Source: Arenicellales bacterium (lineage in GTDB: Bacteria; Pseudomonadota; Gammaproteobacteria; Arenicellales; JAHEKD01). Taken from it: DNA of 64,000 nt. Positions 41,635-51,938 of this stretch are shown piece by piece (the first letter of the stretch is position 1; every line of letters begins with the position of its first letter). The notes below the pieces were generated by a model that was given only the letters and a program-made list of their open reading frames with translations, was not told where the DNA came from and searched no databases. The position numbers and the translations under genes were made by a program. The stretch is taken from contig CBDCFC010000018.1 in the NCBI GenBank assembly GCA_965215945.1, positions 61,740 to 125,739 of the forward strand, in the 5' to 3' direction.

Positions 41635-44542
41635 ATGAAACAGTTTTGGACAGACACTGAACTCGGCAATTGGTGGACACTCACAGATCAGGATCATGCG
41701 CTTCTCAAGGGTAAAGCCGGGTCCGGTCGATTAGCCATTGCCTTACAGCTAAAATATTACCAGCTGTATGCTCGATTTCCAGAGTCTGTACAATACTTCC
41801 CGAATTGTGTTGTCGATTATGTCAGCACACAAATTAATCATCCATCCGATGATCTTACCCATTACTCAGAAAACAGCCGGACCGCTCGTCAGCATAGACG
41901 TTTTATTCTCTCACATCTGAAAATTTCACCTTTTGATGGTGTTTATGAAACCTCATTATGTCACTGGTTAATGGAAACAGTTCTGCCACAGGCACCGAAT
42001 GCTTCGTACCAGGATGAGCTGATTACAACCTGGTTTATTAACAATAAAGTTGAGCGCCCAGGAGCCTATCGACTGGAGTGTGTGATCAAATCCACCGAAC
42101 GTGAATTTGACGCTTATTTCAGAGGGTCAATCAATCACTGCCTAAAACAGTATGCCGCCAGCTAGATGCACTGCTTACAGAAGGCGATGGAAAAAGTGAT
42201 TTTTCGTGGATTCGTTCAGATATGGGACCGGTCAGTCTGGCGAGTGTATTACAGGCTATCGACAAACTGGAAAGGCTCAGACAGTTGAAGATTCCCGCAG
42301 ATATTATAAAAGGGATTCATCCCAAATTAATCAGCCGATATCGACAAAGGGCGGCGACAGAAAATGCCTGGGAGCATCGTCGCCACCCATCATCGATTCG
42401 TTATTCACTTTTGGTTTTCTATTGTGTTGTACGTGAAAGTGAGATTATCGATACACTGGTTGATTTGCTTATTCAGGTTATTCACAAGCTGTCGGTTCGT
42501 TCTGAACGAAAAGTCATCAATGAACTGATCAGTAACATCACCCAGGTTCATGGCAAGAACACTATTTTGTTTCATATTGCAGAAGCGGCCACGGGGAATC
42601 CTGACGGAACCGTTCGAGAAGTTATCTTTCCCGTTGCCCCGGAAGACATGATGAACAACCTGGTTAAGGAATTTCGCTCCAGCGGTCCGGCTTATGTTAA
42701 GAGAATATACACCAAGATTCGCTCGTCCTACGCCCATCATTATCGACGCATGTTACCGCGCATTTTGGATGTACTGGTATTTCGTTCAAATAATTCAAGT
42801 TGGCGCTCAATGGTAGATGCCATCACAATTATTCAAAACGCTCAATCGGATCGTCGTCGTTATTTCTCGCTGGACGAGGTGCCTATTGAGGACATTATTC
42901 AAAATAAGTGGCAGGATATTGTGATTGAACGCGCCCCCGATGGGACGCAACGCATCAACCGTATTAATTATGAAATCTGTGTACTGCAATCGCTGCGTAA
43001 CAAATTACGGTGCAAGGAGATATGGGTTGAAGGTGCCGACCGGTTCTGTAATCCGGATGATGATACCCCTGCTGATTTTGAAGAAAATCGTGCTGCTTAC
43101 TATGCGGCACTAAATTGGCCTGTGAATTCCAGAGTTTTTATCGAACAAACCCGGGCCAGTCTGACGCAGGCATTAAGCCAGCTTAATGAGAACCTGCCGC
43201 ACAATACCAGGGTTTCTATCGTGCGCAGAGGAAAAAAGTCGCATATTCGTGTTGCCAAGCTTGATCGTCAAACGGATCCACCGACATTAGCAGCTGTAAA
43301 AGCGGAGTTGAGTCATCGGTGGCCGGCCACCAGTTTACTGGATGTACTCAAAGAAACCGATTACCGGGTTGGATTTACAAAAGTGTTTTCGTCTTCTGCC
43401 TCTAGAGAGGCTATTACACCGGACGACCTCATGTATCGTTTACTGCTTACACTATATGGGTTGGGAACTAACGCGGGACTAAAACGGCTTGCGTCCGGGC
43501 AAAGCAGTCCCAGTTATAAAGAACTTCGGCACATACGCCTGCGTTTTATCAATAAGGATTCCTTGCGTGAGGCCATCAGACAGGTTGTTAACGCCACTTT
43601 TCGGGTAAGATCACCAAAAATATGGGGTGAAGCGACCACGACCTGCGCCTCAGATTCGACACAGGTGGGTGCGTGGGACCAAAATCTGATGACGGAATGG
43701 CACATTCGTTATGGTGGGCCGGGTGTCATGATTTACTGGCATGTGGATGAAAATGCAACGTGTATTTATTCGCAACTAAAACGCTGTTCCTCATCTGAAG
43801 TGGCATCAATGATCGAGGGCGTGTTGCACCACTGCACGGATAAAGAGGTCAAACAGCACTACGTCGATAGCCACGGTCAAAGCGTGGTCGCCTTTGCCTT
43901 CTGCCATCTTTTGGGTTTTTCATTAATGCCTCGTTTTAAGGGAATTGATAAAATCAAACTGGTCCAGCCTCAAAAAGGATCACGCAAAGATTATCCAAAC
44001 ATTGAATCCATATTTCAAAGCAAACCCATTAAATGGAATCTGATTGCACAACAATATGACGAACTGATTAAATTGGCCACTGCGTTACGTGAATTTACAG
44101 CGCAACCCGAGGCCATTTTGCGACGGTTTACTCGCCACAACGCACAGCACCCTACCTATCGAGCGCTGATTGAATTAGGCCGGGCTATTAAAACGATTTT
44201 TGTGTGTAATTATCTGATGTCGGAGGCGCTTCGCCAGGAAATCAATACCGGGCTGAATGTGATTGAACGATGGCATGGCGTGAACGATTTTATCTATTTT
44301 GGCAAGACGGGAGAACTGTCAACAAACAAAACAGACGATCAGGAGATTTCCATCCTGTCATTACATTTACTGCAAATGTCTCTAGTGTATATCAATACAT
44401 TGATGATTCAGCAGATACTGGCAGAATCGGTGTGGTTTGATCGGATGACGGAACGTGATATGGCTGCACTGACCCCGACGGTCAATTCGAGCTGGATATG
44501 GATCAGCGCTTGAAGTTAGACGAATTTCCCATGGCAGCATAA
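41635..44542 (+). pseudogene. tnpA: Tn3-family transposase (DUF4158 + DDE_Tnp_Tn3), frameshifted near 42150-42220 and with a short deletion near 44475
   Basis: N-part RLAIALQLKY; C-part CASDS, WHIRYGGPG, YVDSHG and LNVIERWHGVN..IYFG. The terminal GQFELDM lies out of frame right after LTP. Confidence 0.85.
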
Positions 44543-44625
44543 TGAGATGTGGATACTTAAACATAGTTTCATTCGTTGGATCAGGGGCTTTGCCTTTTTC
44601 GTAATTTATAAATTGTTGAGTTGCT

Positions 44626-45216
44626 ATGAAAGTTCGTGAAAGTGGGATGCCAGATAAAGATGTATGGCAATCCTTTTTCAATCCTGGTGATATTCTCACC
44701 AAGCTTGGAGTTAACTCATCAATAAAGCATATCGTTGATTTTGGTTGCGGTTACGGTACATTTTCCATAGCTGCTGCAAAGTATATTTCTGGAAATGTTT
44801 ATGCACTAGATATAGAGCATTCGATGCTGGAACAAGCAAAGGATCAAGCCTCATCTCTGAATATCTCAAATATCAATTTTATTCATCGTGATTTTGTTTC
44901 AGATGGAACTGGACTGCCGGATAAAAGCGTGGATTATGCGATGATATTTAATCTCTTACATATTGAAAACCCCATCCTTTTATTAACAGAAGCCTTTCGT
45001 ATATTAATAGATAACGGTCAACTCGGTATTATCCATTGGATTCATGATCCGGATACGCCACGAGGGCCACCAATATCAATTCGACCAACCCCCGAACAAT
45101 GCCAGCACTGGGCAACTCAGACAGGGTTCATTAATATCAGGCAGGAAGTTATTGATTTAGCGCCTTACCATTTTGGATTAGTCTTTAACAAATCGAGAAA
45201 AAGGCGCTTACCGTGA
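44626..45216 (+). CDS. Class I SAM-dependent methyltransferase
   Basis: VDFGCGYG motif I, YALDI and VDYAMIFNLLH. Confidence 0.88.
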   Translation: MKVRESGMPDKDVWQSFFNPGDILTKLGVNSSIKHIVDFGCGYGTFSIAAAKYISGNVYALDIEHSMLEQAKDQASSLNISNINFIHRDFVSDGTGLPDKSVDYAMIFNLLHIENPILLLTEAFRILIDNGQLGIIHWIHDPDTPRGPPISIRPTPEQCQHWATQTGFINIRQEVIDLAPYHFGLVFNKSRKRRLP

Positions 45217-46028
45217 ACGAAGAAACTGCTGTTTTCAATCATGAACCCATCATCAGACTCGGGATTTTTGGTTTTCTTTTTCTCTTTATCTCTGTTTACG
45301 AAGTCATAGCGCCGCGTCGAAAATTGGATATCAAACGTTCAGTTCGTTGGTCAAATAACCTCGCCATTGCGATACTTAATACCGTTGTTTTGCGATTACT
45401 CTTCCCTGGCGCAGCAGTTGGCATAGCTTATTATGCTGAATCATTAGATTCATCTTTAATGAAATTCCTTCCATTCCCTGGTTGGATGGATGTTGTAATA
45501 GCGATAATACTGCTGGATTTGGCGATTTACTTCCAACACCGATTATTTCACGCTATTCCATTTACTTGGCGATTGCATAGAATGCACCATGCAGATACAA
45601 CTTTCGATATCACCACCGGATTACGTTTCCATCCTTTGGAAATTATTCTTTCCATGCTGATTAAGTCACTGGCTATTATTGTTATTGGTGCACCTGTTTT
45701 AGCTGTATTGATTTTTGAATTATTATTAAGTTCTACTTCCTTATTTAATCACGGCAATATGAAGCTTCCCAAGAATGTAGACCATCTAATCCGTTGGTTC
45801 ATCGTCACACCGGATATGCATAGAGTACATCATTCCAGTACAGGTGTTGAAACGGATAGTAACTTTGGGTTTAACTTGCCTTGCTGGGATAGATTGTTTA
45901 ATACATACAAAGATCAACCTAAATTAGGCCATAGAAATATGGAGATTGGATTGAAGGAATTTCGTAATTCTAAAGAATTAAGGATCGATCAATTACTCAC
46001 ACAGCCTTTTCGGAGTGAAAAAAAGTGA
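45213..46028 (+). CDS. Sterol desaturase / fatty acid hydroxylase family membrane protein
   Basis: His boxes YFQHRLFH, WRLHRMHH, FNHGN and HRVHH; GTGA overlap with the upstream gene. Confidence 0.9.
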   Translation: MNEETAVFNHEPIIRLGIFGFLFLFISVYEVIAPRRKLDIKRSVRWSNNLAIAILNTVVLRLLFPGAAVGIAYYAESLDSSLMKFLPFPGWMDVVIAIILLDLAIYFQHRLFHAIPFTWRLHRMHHADTTFDITTGLRFHPLEIILSMLIKSLAIIVIGAPVLAVLIFELLLSSTSLFNHGNMKLPKNVDHLIRWFIVTPDMHRVHHSSTGVETDSNFGFNLPCWDRLFNTYKDQPKLGHRNMEIGLKEFRNSKELRIDQLLTQPFRSEKK

Positions 46029-46843
46029 ATTTTGTTGCAAGTTTGCCCATGTATGATTTGCCGGAAATACGTCATGCAACCGATGCTTTGTGGCAAGGTA
46101 TTTCCAGACATTTGAAATTACATGGTATTGTGGGGGTGCCTGCTCAACTCCTGCACGACACGCCTGTTCAACAGCTTTGGTCCGATAAGCATTTATTTTT
46201 TAGTCAATGCTGTGGTTACGATGTCATATCCAGATATAAAGAACATGTCCAAATTCTTGCAACACCAAAATATAATGCCCCTGGTTGTTTAAACCATGAT
46301 TATGTCAGTCTGATTGTTGTTCACGAGGATAGTCATTATACGGATATTAGCGAAATGTCTGGTGCTGTGGCGGTGATTAATGGCCCAGAATCCCATTCAG
46401 GCATGAATGCACTGATGTCGTTAGTTGCACCATTATCTAATGGCAATCAATTTTTCTCAGATATAAAAATCAGCGGTGGGCATGTACATAGCTTGTTCTA
46501 TTTACAACATAAACATGCTGATGTAGCGTCAATTGACAGTATTACCTATTCGTTAGTTAAGCAGCATCGACCAAATAGTGTTCTCGGTACGCGAGTCCTT
46601 GGCACAACTTACTTAGCGCCTGCGCCACCATACATCACGTATAAAACTACCAGCATGGAGGCGATCAATCACATGCGTGCGGCACTTGTTGAAGCCTTTA
46701 ATGATCCACTATTGGAAACAGCAAAAGAAACTTTACTATTAGTAGGTTTAGACACTGCAACGGATAGCGAATACGTAAGAATTCAACAGGAATTTAATCA
46801 TAACTTTCATCATCAGATAAAAGGATCTATTAGTTTTGCTTAG
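46025..46843 (+). CDS. PhnD/SsuA-like substrate-binding protein
   Basis: ASLPMYD start, SQCCGY, NGPESHSG, SGGH..SL...ADVASID motifs. Confidence 0.78.
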   Translation: MNFVASLPMYDLPEIRHATDALWQGISRHLKLHGIVGVPAQLLHDTPVQQLWSDKHLFFSQCCGYDVISRYKEHVQILATPKYNAPGCLNHDYVSLIVVHEDSHYTDISEMSGAVAVINGPESHSGMNALMSLVAPLSNGNQFFSDIKISGGHVHSLFYLQHKHADVASIDSITYSLVKQHRPNSVLGTRVLGTTYLAPAPPYITYKTTSMEAINHMRAALVEAFNDPLLETAKETLLLVGLDTATDSEYVRIQQEFNHNFHHQIKGSISFA

Positions 46844-46877
46844 CGAAAGTTTTCATTTCTTTAGGATTTCAATCCCC
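46839..46877 (-). repeat. Second classical Tn3-type IR (39 bp, unpaired), same orientation as 29213-29250
   Basis: The reverse complement reads GGGGATTGAAATCCTAAAGAAATGAAAACTTTCGCTAAG. Confidence 0.72.
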
Positions 46878-46893
46878 GATAAATGGCATGACT

Positions 46894-46921
46894 TGTTCCG
46901 AAATTTATAAATTAAGGAACG
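46894..46921 (+). promoter_or_regulatory. res site I of the Tn3-family transposon
   Basis: 28-bp dyad TGTTCCGAAATTTATAAATTAAGGAACG centred on TTATAA, upstream of the resolvase. Confidence 0.7.
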
Positions 46922-47003
46922 TTTTTTTAGTTCAGCAAAATCAATCGGTTACAGATTCCGTATTTTTGTTCCGTAGCAAAACACCCAAAACAGGGAAATT
47001 TCC

Positions 47004-47567
47004 ATGCTAATCGGTTATGGACGTGTTTCGACCACCGGACAGAGTTTATCGGTTCAACGAGAGCAGCTTAAAGCAGCGGGTTGTGAGCGAATCTTTGAAG
47101 AAAAAAAGACCGGTGCTGACCGAAAACGGCAACAGCTTAACAAAATGCTAGACACTATTAGCGAAGGAGACACACTAATTATTACCGGTCTTGACCGGCT
47201 TGCGCGTTCAACGCATGATTTGTTTGTAATCACTCATAAACTAGAAGAAAAAGGCGCTCAATTTCGATCACTGCGAGAACCCTGGGCGGATTCCACCAGT
47301 TCGATGGGAAAGTTCTTACTCACTGTATTTGCAGGACTTTCAGAGCTTGAGCGCAGTTTAATTCGTGAGCGAACTGAAGAAGGTCGCCGAGCCGCAAAAA
47401 AACAAGGTGTGCGATTTGGTCGAAAACCGAAACTGACAACCCATCAGCAAAAGGAAGTGTTGAAAATGTTAAAACAAGGCGGGAGAATTCGCGAAATAGC
47501 CCGTCACTTCAATGTGGGTGTAGCCACTATTGATCGACTAAAGACGCGAGGAATACCTTACAGTTGA
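47004..47567 (+). CDS. Serine resolvase
   Basis: IGYGRVSTTGQSL, LDRLARS and a C-terminal HTH IREIARHFNVGVATI. Confidence 0.93.
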   Translation: MLIGYGRVSTTGQSLSVQREQLKAAGCERIFEEKKTGADRKRQQLNKMLDTISEGDTLIITGLDRLARSTHDLFVITHKLEEKGAQFRSLREPWADSTSSMGKFLLTVFAGLSELERSLIRERTEEGRRAAKKQGVRFGRKPKLTTHQQKEVLKMLKQGGRIREIARHFNVGVATIDRLKTRGIPYS

Positions 47568-48274
47568 AATCTTGCCGTTTTGCACAGCTTCGTGGGCACT
47601 GGGGCATATTAGGTTTTCTTTAACTCAAATTATGCCATGCCCTGGGCGTTCTCAAAAGTATTAGTTTTGGCGCTAGAATAGATTTTATTGGTCGCTCATG
47701 GTTCAGTCGTCAACCAAGCTATCAATAGAACAATGCCGCACAAGATAACTAAGGCATAGAAAACCTTATCGGCTTTTTTATCGATTTGTTTAGTCAGATT
47801 ATCTATTTTTTGAGAAAAGGATGGGGTTAGTTGTTTGTTGTGCCCTTCATTTCCCTCACTTTCTTTCAAACCAAATTTACCTTTATTTGAGGTCGTTCTG
47901 TTTTTTAGTATAACTTATTCAGCAGTAGTACCCCATGAGCCCGGTACCAATGTATTGCGCGATTGCCGACTGTTGCCAATGTTAAAATAGAAGTGTTCAG
48001 TTTCAAATCTATACAAGTAGCACTGTTGAAACACAAATCACTTGCAGGTTACCTTCCTGATAAATAAACTAGTTAAGATTTTATCCATTGTATGATTTAT
48101 TACTAACTGTCTGAGTGAAAATCGTTAGAAAAATTTATCGACAAGTGGATATCAAAGACCCCTTGGAATACGGCGCGACTTTCCACCGCATCCAGAAGCA
48201 ATTGCTTAAACAATATTAGCGCCAGTTTAAGTTAAATTAGAGAATATTAAGTGGATTGAGAATTAGGCTGATGT

Positions 48275-48511
48275 TTAGATATCATATTTTAATACCGAGA
48301 CACGTCTGCCCTTTCGCATCCGAGTTGCTTTACGTTTACGGAAAAATCTTTTTGTAAATATGAATATGTCTGGAATATAAAAGAGTAATACCAGGAGAAT
48401 CAGTATTGGAGGTAAAAACCCGAATAACGCTAACAAGGTCACGCCAATTAAACAAAGTATTCCCATTAAATTACAAAATTTTATGAACAAAGCAATTGGC
48501 TTTGGATACAT
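48275..48511 (-). CDS. Small hypothetical membrane protein
   Basis: 78-aa ORF with two hydrophobic segments and a basic tail; GGAG RBS. Confidence 0.5.
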   Translation of the reverse strand: MYPKPIALFIKFCNLMGILCLIGVTLLALFGFLPPILILLVLLFYIPDIFIFTKRFFRKRKATRMRKGRRVSVLKYDI

Positions 48512-48723
48512 ATTTAAACTCCAATATGATGGACAAAAAACGTGCCTTCCAGATGCTAAACATTAAGAAGACAAAAACACATGAAACCCCGGTAGCAGGA
48601 TTATAAAACATTTCACATGGTTATATTGTTAATTTTTAGTAATTGTTGTAACTATATTATTATGCTTGCCTGTTGTGCATTATTAGAAGGTTGGCCTTCC
48701 TAAATAACCTAGTATTTAACTGA

Positions 48724-48950
48724 CGTCATTCCGTACACTGAATCCGTCACCTCGGATCAAGTCCGGGGTCAGCACAGGCTTGACACGAAATATACTGGTA
48801 TTTCTGTCATCTATTTGTTCAGTCAGTACCCATCTATTCAATATATAAAGTTTAAAACGGCATACAGTTATATAACTTATCTGATAGGCTTGTAATAGCG
48901 TGCACTTGAATCAGGTCGTTGGATTACGGATCAAAGTCCGCAATGACGGG
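48724..48950. repeat. Two REP-like palindromic elements (48724-48785 and 48921-48950)
   Basis: GTCATTCCG...GAATCCGTCACCTCGGATCAAGTCCGGGG and GGATTACGGATCAAAGTCCGCAATGACGG resemble the element at 7618. Confidence 0.4.
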
Positions 48951-49012
48951 CTGATAATAGAGTTAAGTAATTATTTTAAATCTAAATCCACAGCTGGTTA
49001 TGCTTTAAATTA

Positions 49013-49588
49013 TTAACTTTTTGAAAAATCTGGGTGATTATTGAACTTATTATCCATATTGAGTTTATTTTTCAATATTTCGTCTACGGTCAAGCCACTG
49101 AGCTCATGAGGAAAAACCAGCCACTGATCTGTTTCATGAAGATAAAAGTCAGGAACTAATTCAGTTTGATTATTGCCTGGCTTGTACCAGGGTGTTGCGA
49201 TCCTAATATCTTTAGGCGTGTTGCGCCTGCATTTTAAATTTAACTCATTAATAACGGCTTCCACGCTTAAACCGGAATCAAAAACATCGTCAACGATAAG
49301 TAAGGAATTATCATAGTTAGCATAGTCTTCAATGTAATTAAGTCCGTGAACTCTTACAGTTTTGTTGCGTTGATTGATGCCCGTGTACGAAGAGGTGCGT
49401 ATAGCAATGTGATCTGTTTCAATATTGTAATAGGTCAAAATTTCCTGAATTGCGATTCCAACGGGCGTACCACCACGCCACACTGCAACAATAAAATCAG
49501 GATGAAACCCACTTTCGATTATTTGCAAACCAAGCTTAAAGGAATCATCAAGTAGTTGTTGTGCAGTAATGTAATATTTTTCGATCAT
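49013..49588 (-). CDS. Type I phosphoribosyltransferase
   Basis: VAVWRGG and the PRPP loop LLIVDDVFDSG. Confidence 0.85.
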   Translation of the reverse strand: MIEKYYITAQQLLDDSFKLGLQIIESGFHPDFIVAVWRGGTPVGIAIQEILTYYNIETDHIAIRTSSYTGINQRNKTVRVHGLNYIEDYANYDNSLLIVDDVFDSGLSVEAVINELNLKCRRNTPKDIRIATPWYKPGNNQTELVPDFYLHETDQWLVFPHELSGLTVDEILKNKLNMDNKFNNHPDFSKS

Positions 49589-49597
49589 TGCTTAAAA

Positions 49598-50146
49598 TCA
49601 GAAAACGGTCACAATCTCTTCAACACTGCGGCGTGGTTGTGGTTTAGGCACTTTATCCGGATAACCGTACCATAGCAAACCGACAACGATTTGCGAATGT
49701 TTGTCTAGCCAACAAATGTCATAGAAATCTTCATCTCTAATGACATGACCTGTTGTCCATTTCATTCCAATTCTTTGTTGCCATAAAATCAAACTCAATG
49801 CGTAAATGCTACAACAACAGGCCGCGTAGTCTTCCTGTTGCTGTAATTCGTCGCTTGATAAATCGCAACTAACGACTAACCAGCCGGGCATGTTTGACCA
49901 CCTTTGGCGTTTTTTTTGAGCAGCGTCCTGCCCTTTTTTCTGTGCTACTAATTTAGCATTCAACTCGACAATTTTATTAATCATCGCTTCATCTGGAAAA
50001 TAAAAATGCCAGGGTTGAGTTAAATGGTGATTCGGTACCCAGCGTGCCAGTTCAATAGCATCAATAATTATTTGGCGATCAGGGGTTTGTGTTTTGAAAT
50101 CGTTGATAGTTCGGCGATCACCAATCAAACGACCGAGTTGGTTCAT
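49598..50146 (-). CDS. Nitroreductase (YdjA-like)
   Basis: RRTINDF, ARWVPNHHLTQPWHF and GMKWTTG motifs. Confidence 0.85.
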   Translation of the reverse strand: MNQLGRLIGDRRTINDFKTQTPDRQIIIDAIELARWVPNHHLTQPWHFYFPDEAMINKIVELNAKLVAQKKGQDAAQKKRQRWSNMPGWLVVSCDLSSDELQQQEDYAACCCSIYALSLILWQQRIGMKWTTGHVIRDEDFYDICWLDKHSQIVVGLLWYGYPDKVPKPQPRRSVEEIVTVF

Positions 50147-50715
50147 TATTTCTCTAAGATAAGACTTAGATCGACATTCCCCTGCCCTTCTTCATGTGGA
50201 GTCACATCGATTTTTTGCACTGTAACACCATATTTGCCGATGCTGTTTATCCAATTAAGGATAGTGGCGAAAGGCGCTTTTTCCATCCAGATTTGAGTGG
50301 TGTTGTTTTCCGGAACTATACGCTGGGTGGCTTCACGTAGTTTGAATTGCGCCAGAGTTTGTTCAATCAATGCCGCCAGTGGACGCTCATCCTCGCGGAT
50401 TAGCACGGGGTTTTTTTGTCTGAGTTGTTGGACGAGTGGTAATTGTTGCTCCATCCAGAGCACATCGTTTTGTTGGCTTTCAACAGCATTGACCTTAGCT
50501 TGAAGCCTTGCCTTTAAGGGTTCCACAATAAACAAGTAACAAACTAGCAAGGTGACAAAACAGGCCGCAATAGCTAATAACAAGCGTTCCCTATCGCTCA
50601 AATTCTGCCAGTAAGGAGAAAACTTATTAGCTATAAAAGATTTCTGCTCTTTGATTTTATCCATGCCCTGACGGACAGTGTTATTGGTTGCGCTCAATTC
50701 TTTGTTGATGGCCAT
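50146..50715 (-). CDS. gspM: T2SS protein M
   Basis: W.NLSDRER followed by a TM segment, then a ferredoxin-like C-terminus; position after gspL. Confidence 0.85.
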   Translation of the reverse strand: MAINKELSATNNTVRQGMDKIKEQKSFIANKFSPYWQNLSDRERLLLAIAACFVTLLVCYLFIVEPLKARLQAKVNAVESQQNDVLWMEQQLPLVQQLRQKNPVLIREDERPLAALIEQTLAQFKLREATQRIVPENNTTQIWMEKAPFATILNWINSIGKYGVTVQKIDVTPHEEGQGNVDLSLILEK

Positions 50716-50718
50716 TTG

Positions 50719-51924
50719 TTATCCTTGTGTCAGAGTGACTTCCAGGACGCCTTGAACCTGATTATCCTGGGCTACAGCATCCTTGGTTAACACAGTAGCG
50801 TATCCCTGAGTGACTTCAGCTAGCCTTAGAAATAACGCATCAAGTGCTGCGAAATCTGCGACATTCACTTGTGCTTTAAGTACATTTTCTTCAAATATCA
50901 AATTGGTTAGGGTCGTATTTGGTGCTGCCTTCAATTGATTTGCCACCACTTGGAAAATAGGTAAAAAACTATCCGATTGATAATTACCGCTGCGCAGCGC
51001 ACTCATTGCCTTGCGCATGTCATAGACTGGGTCGTCTGTTTCTTGATCTTGAAATTCCGGAAAGGCTACCTGGTATATTTCAGTGGCCTTACTTTCTAGT
51101 CGGCTGGACTTGAATTCCAGATAGAAGTAATTGAGTAATAAGCTGCCTACGTATATTCCGATGCCGGCCAGCATCAAGTTGGCTGCCATTTTGTAATCAA
51201 AGCGAGTTTGCTGTTGTTCCGTATCATCATATTTTCCTCGCAAAACACACGGGGAATTTAATAACTTGGCCCCACCGTGACTAATCCAGTCAGGGAATTC
51301 AGGGCCGATATCCCAATATTGAACATTTTCAAAGCCCTGTTGAATCAGATCTTTAACCATCGGCTCATCGTTGATAGCAATGACTTTGTCTTTGGCCTCC
51401 ATCTCCCACCACAACTCGACCATGCTTTCATCAATTAAGGTGCCAGAGTAATCACCACCTCGTATTAAATAGTCACCGGATGTTTTTTGCGTTAGAGTGA
51501 TATCGGCACTCGGGTGGCGCGGCAGTAGCAAATATTCAGGAACAATATCCGCTACTTCAAAACCCGCCTGTTTAAACTTTTTAAGCCATTGTGCAATGAT
51601 GGCATCATTTATCACTAATACTTCAGAATCTTCTCCGGCCGTCCATTTTTGCACGGCAAAATGTAGATCTTCAATGTCATCGGTAAGCTCTTCCTCCAGA
51701 ACAAAGGGAATGGCACTCTCGACCTTTTTTCTCGATGTGCCTGGAACATTGACCTTATGTGAAGCTATGCGTGAGCCATCGGCAACCAAAGTGATTTGAG
51801 TGATTGGCTGAACAAAATTCAAATCTTCTAACGACTCAACTTCACCTCGACCGATTAAAGTGCCTTGCTCGGCATGAAAAGTTGCCCATGTATAAGGGGC
51901 GTCTACGCTGATATATAAATTCAT
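50719..51924 (-). CDS. gspL: T2SS protein L
   Basis: IPFVLEEELTDDIEDLHFA and VPEYLLLP, a TM segment and a periplasmic domain. Confidence 0.88.
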   Translation of the reverse strand: MNLYISVDAPYTWATFHAEQGTLIGRGEVESLEDLNFVQPITQITLVADGSRIASHKVNVPGTSRKKVESAIPFVLEEELTDDIEDLHFAVQKWTAGEDSEVLVINDAIIAQWLKKFKQAGFEVADIVPEYLLLPRHPSADITLTQKTSGDYLIRGGDYSGTLIDESMVELWWEMEAKDKVIAINDEPMVKDLIQQGFENVQYWDIGPEFPDWISHGGAKLLNSPCVLRGKYDDTEQQQTRFDYKMAANLMLAGIGIYVGSLLLNYFYLEFKSSRLESKATEIYQVAFPEFQDQETDDPVYDMRKAMSALRSGNYQSDSFLPIFQVVANQLKAAPNTTLTNLIFEENVLKAQVNVADFAALDALFLRLAEVTQGYATVLTKDAVAQDNQVQGVLEVTLTQG

Positions 51925-51938
51925 TGGGTTATTTTACT

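Larger units (their letters stand above)
41522..47603 (+). mobile_element. Tn3-family transposon (tnpA, three cargo genes, res, resolvase)
   Basis: Perfect 37-bp inverted repeats CCCAGTGCCCACGAAGCTGTGCAAAACGGCAAGATTT at 41522-41558 and 47567-47603; the resolvase stop overlaps the right IR. No target duplication is visible. Confidence 0.88.

Noticed and set aside
44603-44614. AATTTATAAATT core shared with both res site I sequences, as a resolvase-mediated cassette junction
   Set aside because: It lacks the TGT/ACA arms, and site I at 46894 has both arms intact, so it is not a hybrid site.
41517-47608. 5-bp target-site duplication for the Tn3-family transposon
   Set aside because: The flanks GTTGG and GCATA do not match, so no TSD is claimed.
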